Source: Mucisphaera calidilacus | GTDB lineage: Bacteria > Planctomycetota > Phycisphaerae > Phycisphaerales > Phycisphaeraceae | DNA length: 32,000 nt | Direction of reading: 5' to 3' | Assembly (NCBI RefSeq): GCF_007748075.1 | Contig: NZ_CP036280.1 | Coordinates: 3,060,001 to 3,092,000 of the forward strand | Notes under the pieces: model-generated | The model's database searches: none | The model's input: the letters and a program-made list of their open reading frames with translations, nothing else | Told to the model about the DNA's origin: nothing | Made by a program: the position numbers and the translations under genes | In this document: piece by piece, positions 20,532-29,202 of the stretch | Layout of the letters: every line of letters begins with the position of its first letter | Position numbering within the stretch: position 1 is the first letter of the stretch

Positions 20532-21767
20532 ATGGACTGGATTTATCTCGACAACAACGCCACCACACAACCACTCCCGGAGGTCGTTGAAGCCGTAAAC
20601 CAAGCTCACCAGAAGCTTTGGGCCAATCCGTCGAGCGTCCACCGCTTCGGACAGACCGTCCGCCAGCAGATCGAACTCGCCCGCGCCGACGTCGCCAACC
20701 TGATCGGCGCATCACCCCGCGAGATCATCTTCACCTCAGGCGGCACCGAGTCCAGCAACCTCGCCCTCAACGGACTCTGGCGACACGGCTGGCGACGCGT
20801 CCTCATCACCACACGCACCGAGCACGCCGCCACCCACCAACCCGCCGAACAACTCGCCAACCAGGGCGTCAACACCCTCTACGTCGACGTCGACGCCGAT
20901 GGCGTCATCCAGGCAGAGTCCCTGCTCGAATCACTCGATCGCATCAAGCACGATCACGCCAACAGCCTCGACGAGGGCGCCGACGGCACCGTCGTCATCG
21001 TCTCCCTCCAGTACGCCAACAACGAGACAGGCATCGTCCAGCCCGTCAGCTCGATCGGACACCTCATCGCTCACACCCGCGACGACTACAAGAAAAACGG
21101 CCAGAACGTCGCCATCTATCTCCACGTCGACGGCACCCAGGCCGTCGGCAAACTGCCCGTCGCCATCAAGGAAACCGGCTGCGACCTCATGACCTTCTCC
21201 GGCCACAAGTTCCACGGGCCCAAAGGCATCGGCGGCCTCTATCTCCGCCGTGGCGTGCCCCTGCGACCACAGACGCTCGGCGGACCCCAGGAACAGGACC
21301 GAAGAGGCGGCACCGAGAACGTCCCGGGCATCCTCGGCATCGCGGCCGCGGCAAGGGCCGCCCGACAATTCGTCGACGACCTCGAAGCCATCGAACAACA
21401 CCGCACGCTGCGCGACCGCTTCGAACACAACCTGCTCGAAAAGATCCCCGAGGCCGTCATCCACGGCATGCACCGCACACGCCTCTGGAACACCACCAGC
21501 GTCGCCTTCACAGGCATCGAGGCCGAAGCCATCCTCATCGGTCTCAGCGAAAAAGGCGTCTGCGCCTCCGCCGGAGCCGCCTGCTCCAGCGGATCCCTCG
21601 AACCCTCGCCCGTCCTGCTCGCCATGGGCATGCCCGAACCCCTCGCCCACGGCACCATACGACTCTCCGCAAGCCGCTTTACGACGCAAGACGAACTCAA
21701 CACCGCCACACAACATCTGGTGAGTGTTGTTCAGCGACTCGGCGCAACGATGCCGATGTCCCCTTGA
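20532..21767 (+). CDS. Cysteine desulfurase (class V aminotransferase, NifS/IscS-like)
   Basis: IYLDNNATTQP, NPSSVHRFGQ, FTSGGTESSNLAL, a PLP-lysine region SGHKFHGPKGIGGLY, GGTENVPGI, and an active-site Cys loop SAGAACSSG. No adjacent scaffold (iscU/nifU/sufE) gene in the window. Confidence 0.9.
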   Translation: MDWIYLDNNATTQPLPEVVEAVNQAHQKLWANPSSVHRFGQTVRQQIELARADVANLIGASPREIIFTSGGTESSNLALNGLWRHGWRRVLITTRTEHAATHQPAEQLANQGVNTLYVDVDADGVIQAESLLESLDRIKHDHANSLDEGADGTVVIVSLQYANNETGIVQPVSSIGHLIAHTRDDYKKNGQNVAIYLHVDGTQAVGKLPVAIKETGCDLMTFSGHKFHGPKGIGGLYLRRGVPLRPQTLGGPQEQDRRGGTENVPGILGIAAAARAARQFVDDLEAIEQHRTLRDRFEHNLLEKIPEAVIHGMHRTRLWNTTSVAFTGIEAEAILIGLSEKGVCASAGAACSSGSLEPSPVLLAMGMPEPLAHGTIRLSASRFTTQDELNTATQHLVSVVQRLGATMPMSP

Positions 21768-21865
21768 CGCGGCAGACAGCCCGCCACACAAGGCTAGCCC
21801 TACGCTTGTCGCATCCAGCAGCTTGCCCCAGAATGCCGATACACATGGGTGTCTGAGGAGCCCCG

Positions 21866-24106
21866 ATGCAACTGATGAGCTGGACCCTGGCGCGGCTTGG
21901 CAGCCGATTCGCGCTGCACTTTGAGCCCCATCGACGACGCGTGATGCACGCGGCGCTGGGACGCTTCTGCGACCAGCCCCTCGACCTCATGGTCGGCATG
22001 GAAGAACCCGACGGCACCCGTCGCGTCCTGCCCCTCTCCGCCGACGGGCAACTCCTGGCCAATACCGAACAGTTCGAACGACTCAACTCCATCACCTTCC
22101 GAGGCTTCAGCGAACGCTACCGACTCCGCTTCGAATTCAACATCCACAGCGTCTTCTACCCGCAGGACGAGCGACTCTGCCTCATGCCCGTCTTCTACCT
22201 GGAGATGCGCATCAACCCCATCCAGAGCTACCGCTGGGAACAGCCCACCGGGCCCACACCCGAGAAGGTCAAGCTCTTCATCCGCCTGCGACGACACGGC
22301 ACCGAGATCAACGCCGACGCCGGCAACGACAAAAAACCCGGCCGCATCGAGATGGTCTACAAGGCCAGCCCCACGCCCACACCCGTCACCGGACAGGACC
22401 CCCAGCAGAGCGAGACCGTCGAGGTCAACGAACGCCTGCTCAGCCTCAATCCCGGCTGCGAAGTCCTCGAACAGGGCGACGGACTCGCCTGCACCCTCCC
22501 GGTCACCGACGACAACAGCGGTATCAAGTGGCGGCTGGTCTGGGCCGCCCACGTCGCCGAACCCGCCCTCCACGTCGAACACCCCACCGGGTCCGGTCCC
22601 GCACGCTTCCGCTACGCCGCCACCTGGCGGACCCTCGACGACGTCATGCAGGAGGCCGTCGAACGACGCGACGAACGACTCGCCAAGTCTCGACGTCTCG
22701 AAAAACTCGTCGAACAGGCACCCCTCGACCCCGCCCAGCGACACCTGCTCAACCAGAGCTTCCACTCGATGCTCAGCAACTCCTACTGGATGCAGGTCGA
22801 ACCCGATGACGGATCCGGGGCCTGGCCGTGGTTCAGCGTCCTCGAGGGCGCACGCCTCTACCACTCCCCCATCGACGCCGAGTTCCACGCCGCCCTCTTC
22901 TACCTCGCCGTCTGGCCCGAACTCCTCGCCCTCCAGCTCCGAGCCTGGGCCGGACGCGCCGTCGACCACGAGGCCTCCGGCGGATGCTGGCTCCGACGCG
23001 ACCTCGGACGAGGCGACCGACCCGCCGGACCCGCCTACCCCTACGCCATGCCCGTCGAACACGCCGCCGACTTCATCCTCCTCCTCGACGCCTACACCCG
23101 ATGGACTGGCGACAAAACCATCACCACCACGCTCAAGCAACGCGTCGAAGGACTCGCGAAATACCTCCTCTGGTCCGACCCCGGCGCGACCGGTTTCCCC
23201 ACCGAAGGCGTCACCAACTCCCTCGACGACGGCTCACCCGCCGTACAGTTTGCCCGCGGACAAACCCACCTCGCCATACGACGCATGACCGCCCTCCGCG
23301 CCGTTCCCGCCCTGCTCTCACGCGACACGCCGACCGAGCTCGGCGAAAAGTGCCGCGAAGCCGCCGAACGCGACGCCGAACTGATCGAACGCAACGCCTG
23401 GATGGGCGACCACTACGCCGTCTGCGTCGACAAGTCCGGCCTGGGCGTCTACCCCCCCGGCTCCACCGTGCCCCTCGCCCAGGAAACCCTCGAGGGATGG
23501 GACGGCTACACCATCCACACCGGCGACGGTCTGCTCCTGCCCCTCATGACCGGCAGCCCGCTCCCCATCGACCGCGAAAAACTCCGACGTGACCTCCACG
23601 CCGCCGCTCGAGAGTGCCGCGGTCGCTACGGCTGCGGACACACCTCCGCCGAGGCCGAAACCCTCTGGGTCTCCGCCAACCTCTGGCGCGACGCCCTCGC
23701 CCAGTACATGAAAGTCGGCGGGCCCACCCTCGCACAGCTCTACTGGGACCTCCAGGTCATGAGCAACACCCACATGCAGTCTCACGGCTTCACCGACGCC
23801 TACGTCCACAACAACCTCACCTACAACCCCCGAGGCGTCTGCTCCTTCGGACTCTTCATGGCCGGGCCTCGGCTCGTCGTCGACCGACTCGCCGACACCG
23901 GACCCTACATCACCATCGAACCCGACCGACACGTCCCCCAGCGGTGGCCCCTGCTCGCGCTCGCCGACTGGAAAGCCGGCAAGATCCCCGTCTGCGTCGT
24001 CGACGAGGCCGGACGCGTCCTCATCGAGGGCGAAACCGACCCCGTCATCATCCTCGGCGAACCCGAATCACAATCCCCCGGCCCCGGCCTTCGCGCGATC
24101 GGGTGA
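21866..24106 (+). CDS. Large cytoplasmic protein, distant glycoside hydrolase family 52-like ((alpha/alpha)6-barrel) candidate
   Basis: GAGGAG lies 5 nt upstream of the ATG, and the codon bias is clear for 746 aa. No signal peptide. Segments resemble GH52 beta-xylosidase blocks as I remember them: ERLCLMPVFYLEMRINP vs LALVPAVIVEMTIDN, VLEGARLYHSPIDAEF vs VNEGEYRMMNTFDLTVDQ, VTNSLDDGSPAVQFARGQTHLA vs TTYDSLDVSLGQARNNLYLA, and TYNPRGVCSF vs YYPRGVTSI. The CDS call is solid. The family assignment is tentative. Confidence 0.5.
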   Translation: MQLMSWTLARLGSRFALHFEPHRRRVMHAALGRFCDQPLDLMVGMEEPDGTRRVLPLSADGQLLANTEQFERLNSITFRGFSERYRLRFEFNIHSVFYPQDERLCLMPVFYLEMRINPIQSYRWEQPTGPTPEKVKLFIRLRRHGTEINADAGNDKKPGRIEMVYKASPTPTPVTGQDPQQSETVEVNERLLSLNPGCEVLEQGDGLACTLPVTDDNSGIKWRLVWAAHVAEPALHVEHPTGSGPARFRYAATWRTLDDVMQEAVERRDERLAKSRRLEKLVEQAPLDPAQRHLLNQSFHSMLSNSYWMQVEPDDGSGAWPWFSVLEGARLYHSPIDAEFHAALFYLAVWPELLALQLRAWAGRAVDHEASGGCWLRRDLGRGDRPAGPAYPYAMPVEHAADFILLLDAYTRWTGDKTITTTLKQRVEGLAKYLLWSDPGATGFPTEGVTNSLDDGSPAVQFARGQTHLAIRRMTALRAVPALLSRDTPTELGEKCREAAERDAELIERNAWMGDHYAVCVDKSGLGVYPPGSTVPLAQETLEGWDGYTIHTGDGLLLPLMTGSPLPIDREKLRRDLHAAARECRGRYGCGHTSAEAETLWVSANLWRDALAQYMKVGGPTLAQLYWDLQVMSNTHMQSHGFTDAYVHNNLTYNPRGVCSFGLFMAGPRLVVDRLADTGPYITIEPDRHVPQRWPLLALADWKAGKIPVCVVDEAGRVLIEGETDPVIILGEPESQSPGPGLRAIG

Positions 24107-24109
24107 GAC

Positions 24110-24640
24110 TCAGTCCATCCTCATGTCCGCGCGCTCAAACAACGCATCAAACACAAACCCCGCACCCTCCAGGTTCTCCCGCGCGCCCTCCTCGCGATCA
24201 AGAATCGCGATCACCGCCAACACCTCCGCATCACACTCATCACGCAGCAGCCTCGCCGCCTCCAACGCCTGACCGCCCGTCGTCGCCACGTCCTCGAGCA
24301 GCACAATCCGGTCGCCCGCCTCCAGCCGGCCCTCGAACTGCTTCGCCGTCCCGTAATCCTTCTTCTGATTGCGGATCAGCAGCGACGGAATCCCCAGCTC
24401 CAGCGAAACACTCACCACCAGCGGGATCCCGCCCAGCTCCGCGCCCGCCACACGCGTCACATCCTCAAACCCGCGCACACGCTCCGCCAGACGCCGACCC
24501 ACCTCACGAAGGATCACCGGGTCCGTCTCAAAAAGATACTTGTCGAGGTAGTAACGCGACGTCTTGCCCGAGCGGAGCGTGAACTCACCCTCCAGCAACG
24601 CCGCCTCACGGATACGCGTGATCAGTTCTTCGGTGTTCAT
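24110..24640 (-). CDS. pyrE: Orotate phosphoribosyltransferase
   Basis: GEFTLRSGKTSRYYLDKY, AGAELGGIPL, and the PRPP-binding loop RIVLLEDVATTGGQ. Length and architecture fit the short PyrE type. Confidence 0.9.
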   Translation of the reverse strand: MNTEELITRIREAALLEGEFTLRSGKTSRYYLDKYLFETDPVILREVGRRLAERVRGFEDVTRVAGAELGGIPLVVSVSLELGIPSLLIRNQKKDYGTAKQFEGRLEAGDRIVLLEDVATTGGQALEAARLLRDECDAEVLAVIAILDREEGARENLEGAGFVFDALFERADMRMD

Positions 24641-24678
24641 CGCCGGAGTATAGAGCCTCCACGCGATAGACTGCAGCC

Positions 24679-25491
24679 ATGAAACGAGACCTCCAAGGCA
24701 AGGTGCTGGCCGTCACCGGCGCAAGCTCGGGCATCGGAGCCGCCACCGCCATCGAAGCCGCACGCCGGGGCATGAACGTCGCCCTGTGCGCACGACGCAC
24801 CGACAAACTCGAGGAAGTCGCCTGCAAGATCGTCGCCGAGGGCGGACAGGCCGCCGCCATCCCCTGCAACGTCGCCGACCCCGCCTCCGTCGAACACTTC
24901 ATCGCCGAAACCGTCCAACGCCTCGGCCGACTCGACGTCGTCTACGCCAACGCAGGCTACGGCCTCGTCAAGGACGTCCTGGAGATGACCGACGAGGAAC
25001 ACCGCGCGATCTTCGAAACCAACTACTTCGGCACCCTCAACACCATCAAGGCCGCCATGCCCGCGCTCCGCGCCGCCGACAACGGCCTGCGCCACGTCAT
25101 CGTCTGCTCCTCGGTCGTCAGCGAGATCAGCCTCCCCGAGTGCGGCGCCTACTGCGCCACCAAGGCCGCTCAGGACGGACTCGCCGGCTCACTACGCTTC
25201 GAACTCGAACCCGAAGGCTTCAAGGTCACCACCGTCCACCCCGTCGGCACCACCTCCGAGTTCTTCACCACCGCAGCCGAAATCTCCGGCCACCGGCCCC
25301 AGCGACGCGTCCTGCCCTCCGGCCTCAAACAAACCCCCGAGCACGTCGGCCGACGCATTGTCGCCGCCATCCAACGACCACGAGCCGAGGTCTGGCCCAT
25401 GCTCTGGGTCCGCTTCGGCCTCGGCATCGCCACCATGTTCCCCGCCCTCGGCAGGATGGGCGCACGCAAGCACCAGGCGCCCGTCGACTAG
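24679..25491 (+). CDS. Short-chain dehydrogenase/reductase (SDR) family oxidoreductase
   Basis: Cofactor motif VTGASSGIGAATA, NAG motif (YANAGYG), and a catalytic Ser...YxxxK (SSVVSE...YCATKAA). Substrate unknown. Confidence 0.85.
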   Translation: MKRDLQGKVLAVTGASSGIGAATAIEAARRGMNVALCARRTDKLEEVACKIVAEGGQAAAIPCNVADPASVEHFIAETVQRLGRLDVVYANAGYGLVKDVLEMTDEEHRAIFETNYFGTLNTIKAAMPALRAADNGLRHVIVCSSVVSEISLPECGAYCATKAAQDGLAGSLRFELEPEGFKVTTVHPVGTTSEFFTTAAEISGHRPQRRVLPSGLKQTPEHVGRRIVAAIQRPRAEVWPMLWVRFGLGIATMFPALGRMGARKHQAPVD

Positions 25492-25565
25492 CCCGGTGTA
25501 TCCCAAGCCACTTGCCCGTATCATGTTGCCGAGGTTTCAGTACGTGCCACCGAGGGGTCCGACGC

Positions 25566-27248
25566 ATGCCCATCCTGGAAGTCATCTCCGAAGACGGGGT
25601 GGTCCGCCGGTTTGAGCTCGATAGCGAGAAGGTCACGATCGGCCGACACGCCGACAACCGCATCAAGCTCGACGACCACCGCATGAGCCGCTTCCACTGC
25701 GAACTCGCACCGATCGCAGAGGGCTACCAACTCCGTGACCTCGGCTCCAGCAACGGCACCCGCATCGGCGAGCAGGCCATCAACAAGGCCATCGTCCGGC
25801 CCGGACAGGCCTTCGTCGCAGGACGAACACGCTTCCGACTCATCGACCCCGACGCCCGAACCGCAGCCTCCGTCGGCGGAGCCGGCTTCCCCGGCGGCCT
25901 CGCCGCTCAGGGCACCCACGTCGCCGAAGCACCCCCGCAACCCAAGGCATCACCCGCCGGCACCCTCGGATCCATCAAGGCTCTCACCAAGATCGGACGA
26001 CCCCTCAACTACGACGAATCGAGGATCGGCCTCATCAACGCACGCGGACAAACCGTCCACGCCGCCGAACTCGACAAGCAGCACGAGGACGCACGCACCG
26101 CACTCCACCTGCTCCGCATCCTCATCTACGGCTGCGCACGCACCGGCGCCTCCGATATCCACGTCGAACCCAAAGGCGGCAGCGTCCTCGTCCGCCTGCG
26201 CATCGACGGCACCATGATCAGCATCACCCAGCTCGACGACAACGCCGCCCGGCAGATGATGAGCCTCGTCAAGGTCCTCTGCGAAATCGACCTCGTCAAA
26301 CGCGCCGAGATCCAGGAAGGACACCTCAAAGCCGAACTCCCCGACCGCAAGATCGACTTCCGCATCAGCTTCACCCCCGTCCAGTTCGGCCAGAAGCTCG
26401 TCGCACGCGTCCTCGACTCCAACCGATGCCCCGCCGGCCTCGACGACCTCCACCTCCCCCAACGCGAGAACGACGCCCTCCGACGCGCTGTCGCGCGCGA
26501 GAGCGGCATGATCCTCATCTGCGGCCCCACCGGCTCCGGCAAAACCACCACCCTCTACGCCGCACTCCGCGAACTCGACGCCGGCATCCGAAACATCGTC
26601 ACCATCGAAGACCCCGTCGAGTACGAGCTGCAAGGCCTCACCCAGACGCCCGTCAACGCCGAACGCGACCACACCTTCTCCAAACTCCTGCGCTCCTGCC
26701 TGCGCCAGGACCCCGACGTCGTCGTCGTCGGCGAGATCCGCGACAGCGATACCGCCGTCACCGCCATGCAGGCCGGCAACACCGGCCACCTCGTCCTCTC
26801 CACCATCCACGCCCAGAACGCCGTCAGCACCCTCGTCCGGCTCCTCGACCTCGGCGTCGAACCCTACATGGTCGCTTCGACCGTCACCCTCGTCCTCGCA
26901 CAACGACTCGTCCGAACCCTCTGCCCACGCTGCCGACGACAAACCCCGATGCGCGACGAGGACATCGCACGACTCGGCCAGCCCGCCGCCAACGCCACAC
27001 AACGATGGGAAGCCGTCGGCTGCCGCGGATGCTACGGAACCGGCTACCAGGGACGACGCGCCATCTTCGAACTCATGCCCATGAACGATGGCGTCCGCGA
27101 CGCCATCATGGACCGACTCAGCATGTCCGCCATCAAGCAGGCCGCCATGGAGACCGGACTCCGACCCATGATCGAGCACGGCGCCGAACTCGTCGTCAAC
27201 GGCATCACGTCACTCGACGAGATCGACCGCGTCACCGGAAGCATCTGA
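25566..27248 (+). CDS. GspE/PilB-family secretion/pilus ATPase with N-terminal FHA domain
   Basis: FHA signature: TIGRHADNRIKLDDHRMSRFHCEL...LRDLGSSNGTRIGEQ. ATPase core: Walker A GPTGSGKTTT, Asp box NIVTIEDPVEY, Walker B DPDVVVVGEIRD, His box TGHLVLSTIHA. Tetracysteine CPRCRR...CRGCYGTGYQGR. The real start is ATG 25566. The 820-aa track ORF from 24786 is an out-of-frame read-through of the SDR gene. Confidence 0.85.
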   Translation: MPILEVISEDGVVRRFELDSEKVTIGRHADNRIKLDDHRMSRFHCELAPIAEGYQLRDLGSSNGTRIGEQAINKAIVRPGQAFVAGRTRFRLIDPDARTAASVGGAGFPGGLAAQGTHVAEAPPQPKASPAGTLGSIKALTKIGRPLNYDESRIGLINARGQTVHAAELDKQHEDARTALHLLRILIYGCARTGASDIHVEPKGGSVLVRLRIDGTMISITQLDDNAARQMMSLVKVLCEIDLVKRAEIQEGHLKAELPDRKIDFRISFTPVQFGQKLVARVLDSNRCPAGLDDLHLPQRENDALRRAVARESGMILICGPTGSGKTTTLYAALRELDAGIRNIVTIEDPVEYELQGLTQTPVNAERDHTFSKLLRSCLRQDPDVVVVGEIRDSDTAVTAMQAGNTGHLVLSTIHAQNAVSTLVRLLDLGVEPYMVASTVTLVLAQRLVRTLCPRCRRQTPMRDEDIARLGQPAANATQRWEAVGCRGCYGTGYQGRRAIFELMPMNDGVRDAIMDRLSMSAIKQAAMETGLRPMIEHGAELVVNGITSLDEIDRVTGSI

Positions 27249-27265
27249 TAGCTCAACCCCCGAAC

Positions 27266-27943
27266 CTACCGACGACGCGCCACCACCAGCAGACCCAGCA
27301 AACCCGCGCCCAAGGCGCTCGGCGTCGGGGCGATGCTCGCCGGAGCCGAGAACGACAACGTGCCCACCGCCGTACCCTGAACCGCGAACGCCGGCAACAA
27401 CTCATCAGGCGACAGCGTCCAGGCCGCACCCGGCGCATCCGCCCGGTAGATGCCCTTGAGCGCGTCGTCGCTGCTCTGATGCCACAACGCGATCGCGTTC
27501 GCCTGCTCCGCGTTGATCGTCAGGAAATACTCCGTGCCCTGCACCAGCATCGGACGGGTCGACGAATAAACCGTCGTCACCGCAGGAGGGTTCCAACGCG
27601 ACTTCGTCGGCAACTCAGACACCGTGCCCAGCGTCTCGATCACCGCGCCAGGCAGACCCGCCTCACTCGCGTGAAGCGTCACCGAAACATCCTTCGGGAA
27701 CAGAAAGTGCACCATCGACGTCGACATCGCCAGGTCCACCGCATCCAGACGACCCGTGACGCCAGGCGTAAAGGCAACACCAACCGACGCCGAACGAGCC
27801 ATCCAGTTGTCCGCCCCCGCGATCGTGTACGTGTCGTTGCTGAACGCCAGCTGCGGGCCGGTCAGCGTCGAATAAAACGTCTCCGCCTGCGCCGTCAAAG
27901 CGCACACACAGGTCAACACAGCTGCTCGGAAAAATTCGCGCAT
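27266..27943 (-). CDS. Secreted protein with PEP-CTERM-like C-terminal sorting signal (PTP variant)
   Basis: Signal peptide MREFFRAAVLTCVCALTAQA from ATG 27943, with GGAG 9 nt upstream. The C-terminus APTPSALGAGLLGLLVVARRR has the motif / hydrophobic helix / Arg cluster layout of PEP-CTERM. The mature domain is unrecognised. Confidence 0.65.
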   Translation of the reverse strand: MREFFRAAVLTCVCALTAQAETFYSTLTGPQLAFSNDTYTIAGADNWMARSASVGVAFTPGVTGRLDAVDLAMSTSMVHFLFPKDVSVTLHASEAGLPGAVIETLGTVSELPTKSRWNPPAVTTVYSSTRPMLVQGTEYFLTINAEQANAIALWHQSSDDALKGIYRADAPGAAWTLSPDELLPAFAVQGTAVGTLSFSAPASIAPTPSALGAGLLGLLVVARRR

Positions 27944-28090
27944 TCTTTCTCCAACTCTGACATCAGTATAAATGCGCAACACCCCCCGCCCAAACTAAAA
28001 AGCGGTTAACCTCAGAATCTCACCCGCCACCGTCAATCTGGGCAAACAGGGCAACGAACAGAACCCGTCCATCGCCTGTAAACTGTCACC

Positions 28091-29137
28091 ATGGCAACAC
28101 AACGGATTGTGGGAGCGCAGTCAGAAGGACCCGTCGAAGAAGCGGTCTCGCTCTCCCTCCGACCCCAGCGACTCGCCGACTACGTCGGACAGCCACGACT
28201 CATCGAAAAACTCACCATCGCCCTCGACGCCGTCCGCGCACGACGCGAGCCCATGGACCACGTCCTGCTCCACGGACCCCCCGGCCTCGGCAAAACCACG
28301 CTCGCCACCATCATCGCCCACGAGATGGGCGCCAACCTCGTCACCACCTCCGGACCCGCACTCACACGACCCACCGACCTCGTCGGCACCCTCACACGCC
28401 TCGGCGAAGGAGACGTGCTCTTCATCGACGAGATCCACCGACTGCCCGTCATCGTCGAGGAATACATCTACCCCGCGATGGAAGACTACAAGATCGACTT
28501 CACACTCGATCAGGGCATGCACGCCAAGGCCATCACCCTCCCCATCAAACCCTTCACCCTCATCGGCGCCACCACCCGCGCCGGCCTGCTCTCAGGACCC
28601 ATGCGCTCACGCTTCGGCATCGTCCACAGCCTCGAGTTCTACGACGAAACCGACCTGCTCAAAATCCTCACACGCAGCGCCGACCTCATGGGCATGACCG
28701 CCCGAGGCGGCACCAGCATGACCGACGGGCTCCAGACCATGGCACGACGGTCACGCGGCACGCCACGCATCGCCAACCGGCTGCTCCGACGCGTCCGCGA
28801 CTTCGCCCAGGTCCGCTCCGACGGACGCGTCGACCCCGACGTCGTCGAGGGCGCCCTCCAGCTCGAAGGCGTCGACAAACTCGGGCTCGACGAACTCGAC
28901 CGGAAATACCTCCGCGTCATCGGCACCGTCTACGAGGGCGGGCCCGTCGGCCTCGAAGCCATCGCCGCCACCCTCAGCGAAGACGCCGCCACCCTCGAAG
29001 AACTCGTCGAACCCTTCCTCCTCCAGATCGGCTTCCTCGCACGCACGCGACGCGGCCGCGCCCTCACCGCCCGCGGTGCCCAGCACATAGGCGTCACCCT
29101 CGCCCAACAGCCCGACGAGAACCTCTTCAACGGCTAG
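28091..29137 (+). CDS. ruvB: Holliday junction branch migration DNA helicase RuvB
   Basis: LRPQRLADYVGQ, Walker A HGPPGLGKTTLA, Walker B LFIDEIHRL, LIGATTRAGLLSGPMRSRFG, and the RGTPRIANRLLRRVRD sensor region. No ruvA in the window. Confidence 0.95.
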   Translation: MATQRIVGAQSEGPVEEAVSLSLRPQRLADYVGQPRLIEKLTIALDAVRARREPMDHVLLHGPPGLGKTTLATIIAHEMGANLVTTSGPALTRPTDLVGTLTRLGEGDVLFIDEIHRLPVIVEEYIYPAMEDYKIDFTLDQGMHAKAITLPIKPFTLIGATTRAGLLSGPMRSRFGIVHSLEFYDETDLLKILTRSADLMGMTARGGTSMTDGLQTMARRSRGTPRIANRLLRRVRDFAQVRSDGRVDPDVVEGALQLEGVDKLGLDELDRKYLRVIGTVYEGGPVGLEAIAATLSEDAATLEELVEPFLLQIGFLARTRRGRALTARGAQHIGVTLAQQPDENLFNG

Positions 29138-29202
29138 TCAACCCCACGCGCCTTCCCGTATCCTGCTCACGGCAAGCGTGATCCCGAGCGAGAAGGGCCG
29201 AC

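Noticed and set aside
20618-21856. 412-aa plus-strand ORF and the 286-aa minus ORF (20931-21791) overlapping the cysteine desulfurase
   Set aside because: Alternative frame or antisense of a gene with unambiguous PLP-enzyme motifs. The translations are Arg/Pro-rich or Gly/Asp/Ala-rich low complexity.
21800-23140. 446-aa minus-strand ORF, plus other overlapping ORFs (22806-23592, 23318-23932, 23614-24582)
   Set aside because: All overlap the 746-aa plus-strand CDS, which has the consistent codon bias and an SD. The translations are Gly/Glu/Val/Asp- or Pro/Arg-rich.
24786-25565. N-terminal 260 aa of the 820-aa ORF (a possible giant fusion protein)
   Set aside because: This part overlaps the SDR gene in another frame and is Arg/Pro-rich. 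The FHA domain begins right at ATG 25566, so that is the real start.
25950-27179. 409-aa minus-strand ORF, and 26426-28009 plus ORF (527 aa)
   Set aside because: These are antisense or out of frame relative to the GspE-type ATPase, and the plus ORF also runs antisense through the PEP-CTERM-like gene. Low-complexity translations.
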